Shown here one piece after another: positions 1 through 12,971 of a DNA stretch of 64,000 bases. The notes under the pieces were generated by a model that ran no database searches, was not told the DNA's origin, and saw only the letters and a program-made list of their open reading frames with translations. Position 1 is the first letter of the stretch, and every line of letters begins with the position of its first letter. The stretch covers positions 23,932,001 to 23,996,000 of the forward strand of contig OZ231126.1 of the NCBI GenBank assembly GCA_965153355.1. Reading direction: 5' to 3'. The position numbers were made by a program, and so were the translations under genes. Origin of the DNA: Flaccisagitta enflata. Taxonomy: Eukaryota.

Positions 1-22
1 CTTTGGGGCCGCCTGCCCAAAA

Positions 23-32
23 GGAGAAAAAG

Positions 33-63
<31 letters not shown>

Positions 64-274
64 GAGAAAAAAAAAAAGAAAGAAAGAAATAAAGAAAGAA
101 AGAAAGAAAGAAAGCAAGTAAGCAAGCAAGAAAGCAAGCGAGCGAGCTAGAAAGAGAGATAGGAAGACAGAGAGAGAAAGAAAGAAAGAAAGAAAGTAAG
201 AAAGAAAGAAAGAAAGAAAGAACGAAAGAAAGAAAGAAAGAAAGAAAAAAGGAAATAAAGAAAGAAAGAAAGAG

Positions 275-362
<88 letters not shown>

Positions 363-364
363 AA

Positions 365-396
<32 letters not shown>

Positions 397-435
397 GAGA
401 AAGATAAAAAGAGAGAAGGAAAAAGAGAAAAAAAA
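23..435. repeat. A-rich / (GAAA)n tetranucleotide microsatellite
   Basis: Directly visible gaaa tandem array with poly-A runs. Confidence 0.95.
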
Positions 436-561
436 GCTAGCAAAGGAAGATTCATGTTGATATTGTTACAACGTAGACACCGTGGGTAAACAGCGGAGAG
501 AAAGAGAGAGAAAAAAGGACCCATAATTGTCAAGATTATTCCCTCCCCTTCTACTTTTTAT

Positions 562-744
<183 letters not shown>

Positions 745-898
745 ATCAGAAAGTAACGAATGGGCGCAAAAAGCAAATCATTTATTCATTCGTCAGACAT
801 TGATGACCACTGCAGAAATGATGGCCACCAGTGCGTAGTGAAGCTTCTTAGCTTCTTTGTTACGGCAGATACTACCAACATCACACACATTTTGTCTC

Positions 899-950
<52 letters not shown>

Positions 951-1546
951 CTCTGGCAGTGACTCTCTCGAGTACGTCGCCGCCGCCGCAGCATGAATTT
1001 GGAGGTTCTGCTGCGGCTTCTCTGCCCCGATGCTGCTGTTGCAGCTGCTGCAGTAACAGCATTACAACGACGCCGTTGCTACATCAAGGCTCTAAAACAC
1101 TGAGAGGGAGAAAAAGAGAAGAAGGAGCAAAAGAGAAGAAGGAGCAAAATAGAGAGAAAGAACGAAAGAATGAAACAGAAAAGCGGCGCGATATATATGA
1201 GGAGGAAAACTACGAGAAAGAGTGGAAAAGGGGATTAGAGGGAGGAAGACGAGGAGTGGTTGGAGGAAGAAGCGGAGGAGGAGGAGAGGGTGAAGGAGGA
1301 GAAGGAGGAGGATAAGTAGAATCATCCTCCTCCTCATCCTGAAAAAAAGGAGAGAGAGAAACAGTGAATTTCAGCTGCAATGAAAAAAAAAGATGGCGTC
1401 GGCCTGGAAATAAAACAACAATCTGACGAAGAAGTTTTTGTTTTCGCCGAAATTATGATTTATAGATATTTTTGCCTTCATCTTATGTCTTTTTTTTTTT
1501 TTTTTTGTGCGCAACTGGATGATTTCTTGACTGTCCTCTCTTTTCC

Positions 1547-1571
1547 ATGACGATGACGATGATGATGATGG

Positions 1572-1665
<94 letters not shown>

Positions 1666-1709
1666 AATGGGGATGATGATGATGATGGTGACGATGATGA
1701 TGATGATGA
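1547..1709. repeat. (GAT)n trinucleotide microsatellite
   Basis: Directly visible; source of the poly-M/S/H ORFs. Confidence 0.95.
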
Positions 1710-1823
1710 TCGGTGCTGATCATGCTGCCGATGATTACCACCGAGATAATCTAGTTCCCCAGTGGCTTTCATCCTATAACTTCCTTCTTTAGATGTCTAA
1801 TCTTCCTTTTACCCATGGGACGC

Positions 1824-1865
<42 letters not shown>

Positions 1866-2068
1866 CTTCCTTGTCTCATCTTCGTTTTCTCATTTCGCTG
1901 CCACCGGAAGTCCACGCCCACAATCCGAAGGAAGGAAAAGCGACAAAATTAAAAAGAAGAAAAAAAAGAAGAAAAAAAGGAGAAAAACGTCTGAATAGTG
2001 CCTAAAAAGAAAGAAAGTGAAAATAAAGGAAAAGCGAGAAGAAAACGAAAACGAAAAAATAACCAAAA

Positions 2069-2069
2069 C

Positions 2070-2158
<89 letters not shown>

Positions 2159-2198
2159 GCAATAACAACAACAACAACAACATCAAAAACAACAACAA
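2069..2198. repeat. (AAC)n microsatellite; others at 12160-12252, 12831-12971, 26135-26438, 52915-53440
   Basis: Directly visible. Confidence 0.95.
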
Positions 2199-3229
2199 TG
2201 GAAAAGATGACAAAAACGACAACGGCAATCACAACGACCTTAGTCAATTTAAGTCGACATCTGAGCGGACGGGTCAACCCCTAACGTGGGTGCATGCCCT
2301 GCTGTGTACGACGACGATATCAGAAATTGAAACAAAAAAAGAAAAAAAAAACACTGTTTTAATAAGATTAAAACGCTACAAACGTTACGACAATCATTCG
2401 TGTATAATCCAAACTCACCTTATTCGCTTTGATCTCCGAGCGTTATGGGTGAGTACCCGATCCTTTAAAAAAATGAACTGCAAAAACGACTAAGAAATTG
2501 ACCATTTACCATGTCTATCGTATATAAGTATACCACAGTAGTCATTGTGTCACTTATGCTGCTGGACACGCCAACAAAGCAATATGCCCATACTGCTCGT
2601 CATTATGAATCATCACAAATTCATGATAGAGTAACCATTTTAAAGTGAAGTGACAATGTCCTTTTTTGTAACCCCATGTTGTTGCTTGTTTCCCCATAAT
2701 CTAATCTGATGTTACCTGGTTTTGTCAGATTACGACTTGCGCTGAGGCTCGCATGGTTCAGCTATTATCCGTGCTCAGTTTGAACATGACCATCTTTCGT
2801 ATGTATCTCTTGACTAAATACCTATTTACCTTATTATTTCAGCCAATGCATTGTTTGCCTTTGAAGTGGCGCTCCCAGTAGTTGTGTGACACAGTTTCAA
2901 TGCAAATGTTGGAATTATTTTCTCTTTTTTTATTTGTCTCATATCAATCTGAATCAAGTTGTTCGCGGTAGACTTAGCGTCTTATTTCATAGAGAAAAGA
3001 AATACATCACGTTTCTTGAGTTGCTCTATTTCATGGCAATACGCCGTCGCGTCATCGATTACAATCATCCGGATGCCGCATGACATTAATCCATTCATCC
3101 ACATGACATGATTCATAGACATCGTCTTCCACCTGTCAACAAGTCACTTGACTGCCAGTTGGATTTCCTTTTGATTTCCCTTTTGAGACTGGAATCCGAT
3201 TCATTAAACCCAATCTCAATTAGGATAGG

Positions 3230-3323
<94 letters not shown>

Positions 3324-3454
3324 AGACGAAGACAAAGAGACAGATAGACACAGATAGAGATAGAGTAAGCGGTAAGAGAGCCATGGAGACAGACAGACAG
3401 ACAATGCGACATATAGGAAAACAAAGAGAATGACAGACAGAAAGACAGATCAAA

Positions 3455-3539
<85 letters not shown>

Positions 3540-4214
3540 GCCAAATATATGTAGACAGAAGCACACAAAGATGTATCCATCGCACAGAAGATGAGGAGTA
3601 ATGGAGCAAAGGTAATAACCCTATCGAATGTCCTCGAAAGAGTAAAAAGAAATGAATTCTTGACAAGAAAATTGGCGGCATTGGACCGATTTGAGCTCTT
3701 AATGATTAAACCGTAAATCGATCATGATGAAGTTGAAAACTAAATGGAGGAAGCTGATTTATGTATATTGTCATGATTTGAAACACACGGCGATAGGTTT
3801 TGAACAATTAGAAATTAATCAACGGCTCCTTAAAGAAAATAAGGCCAAATTGGCTAATATGGACGGTCTTTGGATCGTTTTGCGTATGCCTCACATAACA
3901 ACCGACAGACGGACGTTAAAAGTAGGATGCATGGGCGCAAGAAATCACAACACTCAGTTTTGTAACCGTCCACAAACGTTTTCAGTTGCATATGAAGTAC
4001 TTGATATGTTATGACGTTTCACAACAAAAAAGGCTTCCTCAGTCAACAAAAACGCCCAAATACTGAATGCAGGACAGATGGACGGATTGGCAAACAGACG
4101 AACAAACGTAGCGTTCATTAGAGAGCGATTTATGTTGGGGACAGAAACTGGCAAGATAATGTCAATGTAACCATTGCAATTCTTTTCAGACAATTAGTGA
4201 CAAAGTAAAGATTA

Positions 4215-4348
4215 CCGTATCTCCTCTAATTAGCGCCCCTGCTCTGATTAGCGCCCCCCCTCTTTTGAGGAAAAGAAGTTGTCTTCATTAGCGGAAATTG
4301 CTGTCCTTGAAAGCGCCCCTGGTCGAACAGCAGCTAGCGAAGGGGGAG
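4215..4348 (+). mobile_element. Left end of a Tc1/mariner(pogo)-like MITE, truncated or interrupted
   Basis: TA|CCGTATCTCCTCTAATTAGCGCCC terminus with repeated TTAGCGCCCC motifs; a related end lies at 25137; no right TIR found. Confidence 0.5.
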
Positions 4349-4964
4349 CACCGTCCGTTCAAACTACCGCCAGGTGGTTTTTAGTATTACTCTGAATTTT
4401 CCGCTTGTTTTTATTCAGGATGGACTTCCTGAACTAGGATCCAACTTCAAAGAAATCTTTCTTGTGGCGCCTTTTGAAAAAAAATCAAAAATTGATAATT
4501 TTTCATCCTGTATTGCACCCAGATTTTAGAGGATAGTTAGAAAACCTTTTTAGATGGCATATTTGAATACCTGATGAAATTTCCTTTCGTTTGATAGGTC
4601 GCACTATATATTTTTCAAAAGAGATCAAATTTATAATTTGTTAGCCACCGTTAATTTTTGTAACGGTGGCTTGAAAATTAAAAATCTTATTTTTTTTAAA
4701 AATTATATAGTGCGACCTATCAAATGAAAGGAAAATTTATCAGGAATTCAGATATGCTATCTAAAAAGATCTTCTAACAGCCCTAAAAATTCTGACTTCA
4801 AAATAATTGAAAAAACAACCAATTTTGGATTTTTTTCAAAAGGCGCCACAAGAAAGATTTTTTTGAAGCTGGATTCTTGTTCAGGAGGTTCATATTGAGC
4901 GTAATCAAGTGGAAAATCCAGAGTAACACTGAAAACCACCTGGCGGTAGTTTGAACGGATGGTG
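4349..4964. mobile_element. Foldback MITE with CAC...GTG termini and 4-bp TSD (Chapaev/CMC-like)
   Basis: CACCGTCCGTTCAAACTACCGCCAGGTGG ... CCACCTGGCGGTAGTTTGAACGGATGGTG; the whole ~616 bp is an imperfect palindrome centred near 4655; GGAG on both sides (4345-4348, 4965-4968). Confidence 0.8.
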
Positions 4965-5102
4965 GGAGGAAGTTCATGGACCACTCTTTTACCCGGGACC
5001 TCTCCATCAGTTTGAACTGCCATCATACATCACAATTACAATATTAAGATTTTCAAATTTTCATGATGCTCAGACCAGATCTTCATCGGGCCGCCAACCC
5101 CC

Positions 5103-5932
5103 CACCACGTAATCTGGGGTGAGATTAAACCCCGAGGGTTGCTCGGGGTTGCTCAGGGTTTGCTCAGGGTTGCTCGGGGTAGCTCGGGGTTGCTTGGGGT
5201 TGCATTACTAGAAACAATGACTACACTCTGAACAATGCTTCACTACATGACAAACAATAAAATCGAGGAGGGCACTCAAGGCTGAATCCTCATCTGAAAA
5301 TGCTGCCAAGCCACTCAAGGCAGAATCGGACTAGAGTGGTTGCAATTTTTACTGCTTATTGTAATTAAAGTGGTTTATGAGTGAATTTCAAAAAAAAAGT
5401 TTTCTTGGGCCCTGATTGATATTTTATTTGCATTACTTTTTTTGTCATATTATCTTTTAACACAATCTAGTATTGTCAATTTTTGAAAATCATAAAATCA
5501 AAATTCCCAAAATTTAAGTTTTTGATTTATTTCAAATAATAATTTAATTTGTTTAATATCTGAAAATATCAAAGCAGAAAATGAAAAAATATAGATCTCT
5601 TTTATTTCTAGACTTTTTTTCATGATCAATTTTTATGTCCTTAAAAAACTTTAAAAATCCCCAAGAAGAAATGAAAATAAAAAAACATTCCAGTTAAAAA
5701 TGAATGTTCTGCTTCATTTCACTCCTCAAGTCAGAATTCTAACTAAAGTGGTTTCAGTTTTAACTAGTCCAAAATTTGGCCTAAAATGGTTCCCCCATAA
5801 AATCAACCCCGAGCAGCCCCGAGCAACCTCGGGCAACCCTGAGCAACCCCGAGCAACCCCAAGCAAAATCCAAGCGATTCCAAGCAACCTCGGGGTTCAA
5901 TCTCACGGTTATATGTTACAGATTACCTGGTG
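5103..5932. mobile_element. MITE with CAC...GTG termini and subterminal 10-bp (GGGGTTGCTC) arrays
   Basis: CACCACGTAATCTG / CAGATTACCTGGTG termini; inner IR GTGAGATTAAACCCCGAGG / CCTCGGGGTTCAATCTCAC; inverted 10-mer arrays at ~5135-5200 and ~5805-5890; inserted in a C-run, so TSD length is ambiguous. Confidence 0.7.
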
Positions 5933-6534
5933 CCCCCCCCCCATCCTACAATGATAAAAAAAAGCTACCAAACCTTGCTTCCAAGAAGCTTCTATTGAAT
6001 CATTTTTAAATCGTGAATGCCATGATACTTGGCAAATCCCAATCTCTCTCTCTCTCTCTCTCTCTCTTCTTTGCCCGCCCTCTCCTGTTGCCCGTGCACA
6101 GAAACACGGTAGCCAGCGCAGTCGTCCTTACTTTATTATGACAGTTACGACATCGTCAGATTAACACAACATAAAACCGCCACTTTTACGATCGGACGAC
6201 TTTTTTAAAGACCGATCAAAAACTCAAGTTTCTCCTCCTCTCGCTCTTGCTTTGCTTGGCTTAGCTGCCTTCGCTTAGAAAGGGAGAAAGTCATGAAACC
6301 ACCAATTTCATTTTGATTATAACGTGATCAAATTTGGGATGGAAAGAGGGCGGGAAGGGAGGCGAAAAAGAAAGCGCGGATGGAGGATTGGACATTTATG
6401 ATTGATGTTGTATTGCGATTTGTGAATAGGTAAATCTGATATTGAAATGAAACCAAAACGGGCAAAACATACAGCACAATTTCACCCAAGTAGGTCAAGG
6501 ACATACAAGGACATACATGGATAAACATATATCA

Positions 6535-8260
6535 GCACTCGGAAAGAGCGCTAACTAACAAGTACACAGAGCGCTAACTAACAAGTACACAAAGACTTGA
6601 CTTGGCTGTTCTTTCACATTGGACATAGTTTGACCTTAAGTGTTGTTTGATATTCCATGTCTGAAAGATTGTTGTGCTTTGGACTATAATCGAAATTAGC
6701 ACAGTCGCCAAATCTAACTAGCTGGTAAAATTTTCTCGTGATAAACCTATCGTCATTCATGTTGATGATAACATTATGCCATACTTGCTTTCCTGGTCTG
6801 AAATGACCGAGATTGTTGCCAAAATTCAACTTGGAAAGTCTTCCTCGGGTGTGTGTAAACCTGAGCATATTTTTCATGGCTCTCCCACTCTCATTTGCCA
6901 TCTTCATCTTCTATTTAACGGATTAATCATGCATGGCTATGTGCCCACTGACTTTCTTAAAGGGACCATAACGCCGATCGTGAAAAACTCGCAAGGTGAT
7001 CTGACTGATCCTTCCAACTACAGAGGAATCACATTAAGTTGCCTCCCTGCTAAGCTTTTCGAGTTTGCTATTCAGCTTAAAACAGCCCATTTATTGGAAA
7101 CTGACAACTTACAATTCGGTTTCAAACGAAAAACAAGCACAAATCACGCATTATATTCCTTGAAAACCACTGTTGATCATTTCAATCGAAAAGGATCAAG
7201 CGTATATGTTGCCTTTCTAGATTGCACTAAGGCGTTTGATCGCATCTCTCATTATGGCCTTTTCTCGAAACTCATTCAACGACAGATTCCATTATGCATT
7301 CTAATGTGCCTTATCTACTGGTATCTTAACATGACCTGTAACGTTAGATGGGAAAATGCGCGTAGCAGAGATTTTCGCGTTCCACTCGGAATCAAACAAG
7401 GAGGAATTAACTCTCCCGACTTTTTTGGCTGTTATATAGACGAAATAGCCTCAATTCTTCGAAATGCTGACGTCGGATGCCACTTATACGGCATTTTTCT
7501 TGCAATGATTTTGTTCGCCGACGACCTCTGTCTAATGGCACCAACAAGAAAAGCTCTGGAAAAGATGATCCATCTTTGTGAAAAGTATTGTAACGAATAT
7601 GGGCTTGCTTTCAATGCATTGAAGTCTAAGATATTAGTGTTTTCAAAAGCTAAAGTTGATCATGGCAATCTCGGCCAAATTACCTTAAATGGTAAAGTTA
7701 TTCAATACGTTGAAGATGTCACGTACCTCGGCGCGACCATTGTCAACAACAAAGGATTCGCCTTTTCACCATCAACTGACCTCTCAAAGTTTTATCGCGC
7801 ATCAAACTCAATCTTGAGAGCAACGACTAAACCGAGCGAGGAAGTAATGTTGCAGCTACTTTACTCATGCTGCATCCCCATTCTGACATACGCTTCTGCG
7901 GTTAAAGATTTCTCTTCTCGCCAATTACAAAATTGTACTACGGCTGTTAATGACGCGTTGAGACTGATCTTTGGATTCAACAGATGGGAAAGCGTCAGAA
8001 CTCTTAGAGAATCGTTTGGGTACAAATCTCTGGTTGATTTATTTCATAGAGCCAAAAACAAATTCGATTCCTCACTTCGTTCACATCATAACCCCATCAT
8101 TTCTCATTTAGCAAGAAATCTTGTGTTAGAGCAAGAATAATCTGCGTCGCCTCTTTGTGTCTCTATTGTAGTCATAGATATATTGCGGTGTAATTTCTTT
8201 AATAGCTGTTTGTTTGTGTATGCTTCTGTCGCTAATATTGATGACGAATTAAAAGAGCAT
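6535..8260 (+). mobile_element. Non-LTR retrotransposon (RTE-X/RTE-like LINE) lacking the endonuclease domain
   Basis: RT ORF, short 3'UTR with ATTAAA-like signal near 8248 and AT-rich tail; candidate TSD ATATATCA at 6527-6534 and 8261-8268; the 5' boundary is uncertain (may instead be ~6757). Confidence 0.75.
6776..8140 (+). CDS. LINE reverse transcriptase (C-terminal part of ORF2), 454 aa, uninterrupted
   Basis: Motifs NYRGITL, QFGF, FLDCTKAFDRI, GIKQGGINSP, ILFADDL, FNALKS, YLG; GCHLYG before FADD and C(C)IPILTYA are RTE-X-like; no APE domain upstream (in-frame TAG at 6719). Confidence 0.92.
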   Translation: MPYLLSWSEMTEIVAKIQLGKSSSGVCKPEHIFHGSPTLICHLHLLFNGLIMHGYVPTDFLKGTITPIVKNSQGDLTDPSNYRGITLSCLPAKLFEFAIQLKTAHLLETDNLQFGFKRKTSTNHALYSLKTTVDHFNRKGSSVYVAFLDCTKAFDRISHYGLFSKLIQRQIPLCILMCLIYWYLNMTCNVRWENARSRDFRVPLGIKQGGINSPDFFGCYIDEIASILRNADVGCHLYGIFLAMILFADDLCLMAPTRKALEKMIHLCEKYCNEYGLAFNALKSKILVFSKAKVDHGNLGQITLNGKVIQYVEDVTYLGATIVNNKGFAFSPSTDLSKFYRASNSILRATTKPSEEVMLQLLYSCCIPILTYASAVKDFSSRQLQNCTTAVNDALRLIFGFNRWESVRTLRESFGYKSLVDLFHRAKNKFDSSLRSHHNPIISHLARNLVLEQE

Positions 8261-8290
8261 ATATATCAAAAATATGTATAGGGTGGAATA

Positions 8291-9172
8291 TCATTTCACC
8301 CTTTCTCTGTGTTTTAGCATTTGTCACTTGAGAGTATTTCTGTGACCAAAGACAGATTTACAGACGTCGCATTGCATTGGAAAGGGTTTTCTCCCGTGTG
8401 CGTCTTCATGCGTGATTGTCTCTCGTCTCTTCTTGAGAATACAGATTTACATACAGTATATAGATGAGGTTTTTTCTCCAGTAGTCTTCTCATGTGTCAC
8501 TTTTGGCTTTAGCAAAATCCGATTTACCTATGTGACATTGATATTGCTTTTTGGGCTGCAGCCCCGAAGTGGACAAAGTCCTGTAGAACACAGAGGATCT
8601 GTCCATCCGTAAGTACGTCAATTTGTCCATCCTCAGGGCTTTATCTCCTTTGGGGCCTTTTGTCAAATAGCCCAAATCCAAGCAATATGGCCAAAATCTA
8701 TGCAAAGTGGCCCAAATCCAAGCAAATTGGCTCAAATCTGGTCAGAATCTGAATATCAGAGGCCATTTTACTTGGATTTGGGCCATTATGCTTAGATTTG
8801 GGTCAGATTGCTTGGATTTGGGCTATTTGGCAGAATTTGGGTCAGAATAGGCCCCAAAGGAGACAAATTCTCAAGGGGGATGGATGAACGGACAGACAGA
8901 TGGACCAACGGACGTATGTACATGCGGACGGATGTATAGATGGACAGATTCCCCCTGTGTTCTACAGGACTTTGTCCTCTTCGGGGCCGCTGCCCTGCTC
9001 CCCCTCAACTTTAATCACACACTACTCAAGCAGGGCACGGGTACCGCTGACCACTTACTGCCTTTGGGCTGCTATTTTCCCGTATGAGTGTGCACGTACG
9101 ATTTGAGCTTATGATTGTAAACGAAAGCGTATAGACACGTTACGTTTTAATGGTTTCTTGTCGCTATGCATG
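8291..9172 (-). pseudogene. Degenerate C2H2 (Kruppel-type) zinc-finger array, about 4 fingers
   Basis: Minus-strand fragments MHSDKKPLK.NV, YAFVYNHKLKSYVHTHTGK|KQYQCHIGKSDF, TGEK.HLYTVCKSVFSRRD, MKTHTGENPFQC, DVCKSVFGHRNTLK*QMLKH; stops, frameshifts and an insertion at 8550-9074. Confidence 0.75.
8550..9074 (+). mobile_element. HINE/Helentron-like non-autonomous element, family B (GGGCAGCGGCCCC type)
   Basis: Inserted in a T-run with no TSD; ~45-bp inverted repeat (8553-8598 vs 8950-8995); central ~21-bp degenerate tandem repeats; GACG/GACA microsatellite; 3' GGGTACCGCTGACC tail shared with the copies at 24063 and 60650. Confidence 0.65.
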
Positions 9173-9445
9173 AATATTGCACTTTTTACCAGAAAATCAA
9201 CCAATAATGTCTATCTCAGCTTGACATTTTATGCTGTCATGAAAAATTTGCTAAAAAAAGTGGCACATTTTAGTATTCGCTGTGGCTGTGGCTGTGATCC
9301 TAAGATTCTGTCCGCTTGATTTTCTCTATCTATCCCTCTCTGTCTCCGTCTGTCTTTCTGTCTGCCTGTCTGTCTTTCTGTTTTTGTCTCTGAATTTTGA
9401 CTGTACATATGCCTGCCTGCCTGCCTATCTGTCCGACTGACAGTC

Positions 9446-9487
<42 letters not shown>

Positions 9488-9576
9488 GTCATCGTCAATG
9501 CCGTTCATTTTTTGTCCGTCAATGATTGACTCTTTCCTAAGCTGAGCTTTTGGCTTTTTTGGAAATTCTGAATGGG

Positions 9577-9686
<110 letters not shown>

Positions 9687-9846
9687 TAGTCGCAGTGGCG
9701 GCGGGATTTTGTGTGTTTGCTCTGATCATCCTTTGATTTATTGCGCGAGATTTACAAGGAAGGCAAAATGACGGCCTAAGCAGACTCGAAGGACGCAGTT
9801 ATGCAAAAAAGGATACGACTCAATAGGCGAAAAGATATGAGAGAGA

Positions 9847-9940
<94 letters not shown>

Positions 9941-10435
9941 AGACAGAGACAGAGAGAGAGCAGACAGAGCGCAGGCAGACAGAGAGACAGAGACAAAAAT
10001 AGACTGACAGACACTCGGAAGGACAGAAAGCAAGCGTTCTTTTTAGACAGAGCAACACACCTTTGCAAGTCTCTGAGCAAACAATTTGGCTACTTTACGT
10101 TACAAAATTGACCATGGGGGGCATTCTTTTTTTTCAGCAAAATTTGATGTGATTGCGTATATTTGTTGATTCAGGAAGAAGTTACTTTCAAGAAAAAACT
10201 TTTGATTGGTCGATAACGTTGATGAGGTAACAAATGGACAGTTGACTAATGAGTTGTTATCACTGAATGAGCAATCTAATAAATAACAGATGTAATGACC
10301 ACTGTGTTGGACCACCACCGTTACGGTTGGCCATTACGCGATATAACGACTTATTAAATGAAACGTAAAGATAATGTGTCGGCCATAAAGATTTCAATAA
10401 ACATCCTAGTCATCAAAGTTTTGTCTTCATCATTC

Positions 10436-10501
<66 letters not shown>

Positions 10502-11516
10502 CGCCGTCATGAATAGATTAAACGCGGTACATCGAAGAAGAAGCGAAATTAAATGCTGGCTCAGCATCGAAGCCCGCCAGTGTGTTGGACTGGTAAATCC
10601 AAGTTGAGAGTTTCAACCAAAGGAAGAGGAAAGAAATGACCGCCGTCTTCGTTGCCGCCTCTGCCGGTTACAGCGCCGGTGATTCTACAAGCTCGTCGGT
10701 TCCGGTGAAACCGCCGTCTTTCTCGCCGGTTGCTATTACAGTCTCAGTCGCCGCTAATTACAACGCCGATACCGACACCGCGTCTACAAGCGCTGTTAAC
10801 TACTCTACCAGTGCAACCATCTCGTTCTCTGTCAAACAAACATCGCATTCACGACCGTCGTCACCACGTTCAACACCATTTTGGTCCGATAAAACTTCGC
10901 TGACGGCGATACAACTGCGAGTGTCACTCAACAGTTATCTTCACTTTCTAAAAAAAAAACACTCACCATCGTTACTATTCTCTATATCAGCAATACCTCC
11001 TCTAGCCTCTTTATGTATTTACAGCGCTGCCAACTCAATTTCCCTCACTCATCAGCCACTGTCACTTGCTTTTAAAATGATGCGATTGGCACCCGAATTG
11101 CCATTGAAATCGTCGCTGTTTCACTCTCTGTGTTCATCACCACTTCTTCACAAGTACTACTCCCTTCACCACAACCACCATTGAAGCTTTTGTCGCGCAT
11201 CACGGTTAGCGTACACTGCATTATTACAGTCCCTTCACTGTGACCGTCATTGGCGCCTCCATCACCATCTCATCCAACGTTACAAGCCGACAAGTTTCCT
11301 CAATTGAACGAAATCGTGTCTGACTAACAATGAAACAGCTCCCAATCAGGTCACCCGTCAGTTGCGAATCGATGAAACAAGAGTTGCAATTACTTTACTG
11401 TTGATATCATTTATTTTCTTCGACTCTTACCATTAGTCGGTTTGCAATGGCATGGCACCAAACTGCCAATTGTATCAGCACTTTAGTATCCCCTTTCTTA
11501 ACCGTATGTTGTTATA

Positions 11517-12124
11517 ACAGGATGAGCAAAAAATTTTGCACAAACATATGAGTATAGAAACAGCACTTCTAGGTGCTTTGAAAAGATGAAATTTGGATAA
11601 TAACCCAACAATCTAATTCTATTGCACACTAGTAAGGTCTGTCATTCACTTGTCTTATTGCTGTTCCCATAAGAAGGCATCAAAGTTGAACCGCATAGTC
11701 AGATTTTGCAAGAATTTTACCAGCAAAATTTGAAGAGATGGAAACTCTACTTTGTCTAGGGTTTTTCTCATGCATGGCGTCCCCTGCTAGTGGTTTCATA
11801 CAAAATATGTTACCTTGATGTCAGATAGTCATAACAACTGATGAATGGGTCAGGGGGATTAGAATCATCCAACAAAATGAAAAAAAAAAACGATGCCACT
11901 TGATCAGAGGAACAGTCAAAATCATGGCACATAGACTAAAAGTGACCATTATAATAATTCATTTTCTAGACCTCATCTATTGCCTATAGCCATGAGTATT
12001 GGCTCATTAGTATTCTAAATTACTGAAATTAGGTATTTGATTCATATTATGATCATATTTGCCCTGCGTTGCACTATTTCTCCATGCTTTATGTGAGTTG
12101 TGCAAAATTTTTTGCTCACCCTGT
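11517..12124. mobile_element. Tc1/mariner-like MITE
   Basis: ACAGGATGAGCAAAAAATTTTGCACAA / TTGTGCAAAATTTTTTGCTCACCCTGT TIRs, TA on both sides. Confidence 0.75.
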
Positions 12125-12160
12125 TAACGTATTTTTGAATTGTTACTGCTGTTTTTGTCG

Positions 12161-12252
<92 letters not shown>

Positions 12253-12253
12253 G

Positions 12254-12356
12254 CACCTCTATAACTGGCTGTGTCCGTTGGTCTGTCTGTCAGTCGGTAA
12301 CGCATTCGTTCGAAGATCCACACGGCGAATCTTATTGGCCTACTTGGCCTTGGTTT
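12254..12356 (+). mobile_element. Short HINE-like fragment
   Basis: GCACCTCTATAACTGGCTGTGTCC start (inverse of 39039-39062), GTCT microsatellite, GGCC..GGCC-TTGGTT end. Confidence 0.5.
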
Positions 12357-12830
12357 AATATGGAAAAGGACTAAGCATTATTTCAAAGAAATAAAAGTTC
12401 TTTAGTTTGTAAACAAAAGATATGCAGACCTTCAAAATGGAACATGATTTATCACTATCCAACTCATAAATTTCTCCATCTCCTTTTTTTTCTCGCGGTC
12501 ATACATATTTTTCCATTGAAAGAAAATAATGAAAATAATATCCCGACAGAAATTTATGGCATGCAACGTGATGACTTGAGAGCAGCAACAATGCAAATGC
12601 GACGACGACGATAATCGTGCCTATCAGTGGTGACAGCATTGCAACAATGCAACGATGAAGGTGGTAACTCTCAGCGGCGACAGCGTTGCAACAATGTGTC
12701 GCTGACAATGGTGGTGTTCCTCAGTGGTGAAAATGCGATGACAATGTACAATTCAACTCAATAGTGTTTATTTCAAAGGCATAATCCGGCGACAATGGCG
12801 ATTCTCATATCTCCTAGTGGCGGCAATAAT

Positions 12831-12971
<141 letters not shown>

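Noticed and set aside
1213-1339. Possible minus-strand terminal exon (DEEEDDSTYPPPSPP...FS*) after a good acceptor
   Set aside because: Low-complexity GGA/CCT DNA, no domain and no partner exon identified; cannot be supported without RNA data.
10636-11184. 182-aa Ser/Thr/Ala-rich ORF
   Set aside because: No recognisable motif; composition follows degenerate GCC/TCA-rich low-complexity DNA.
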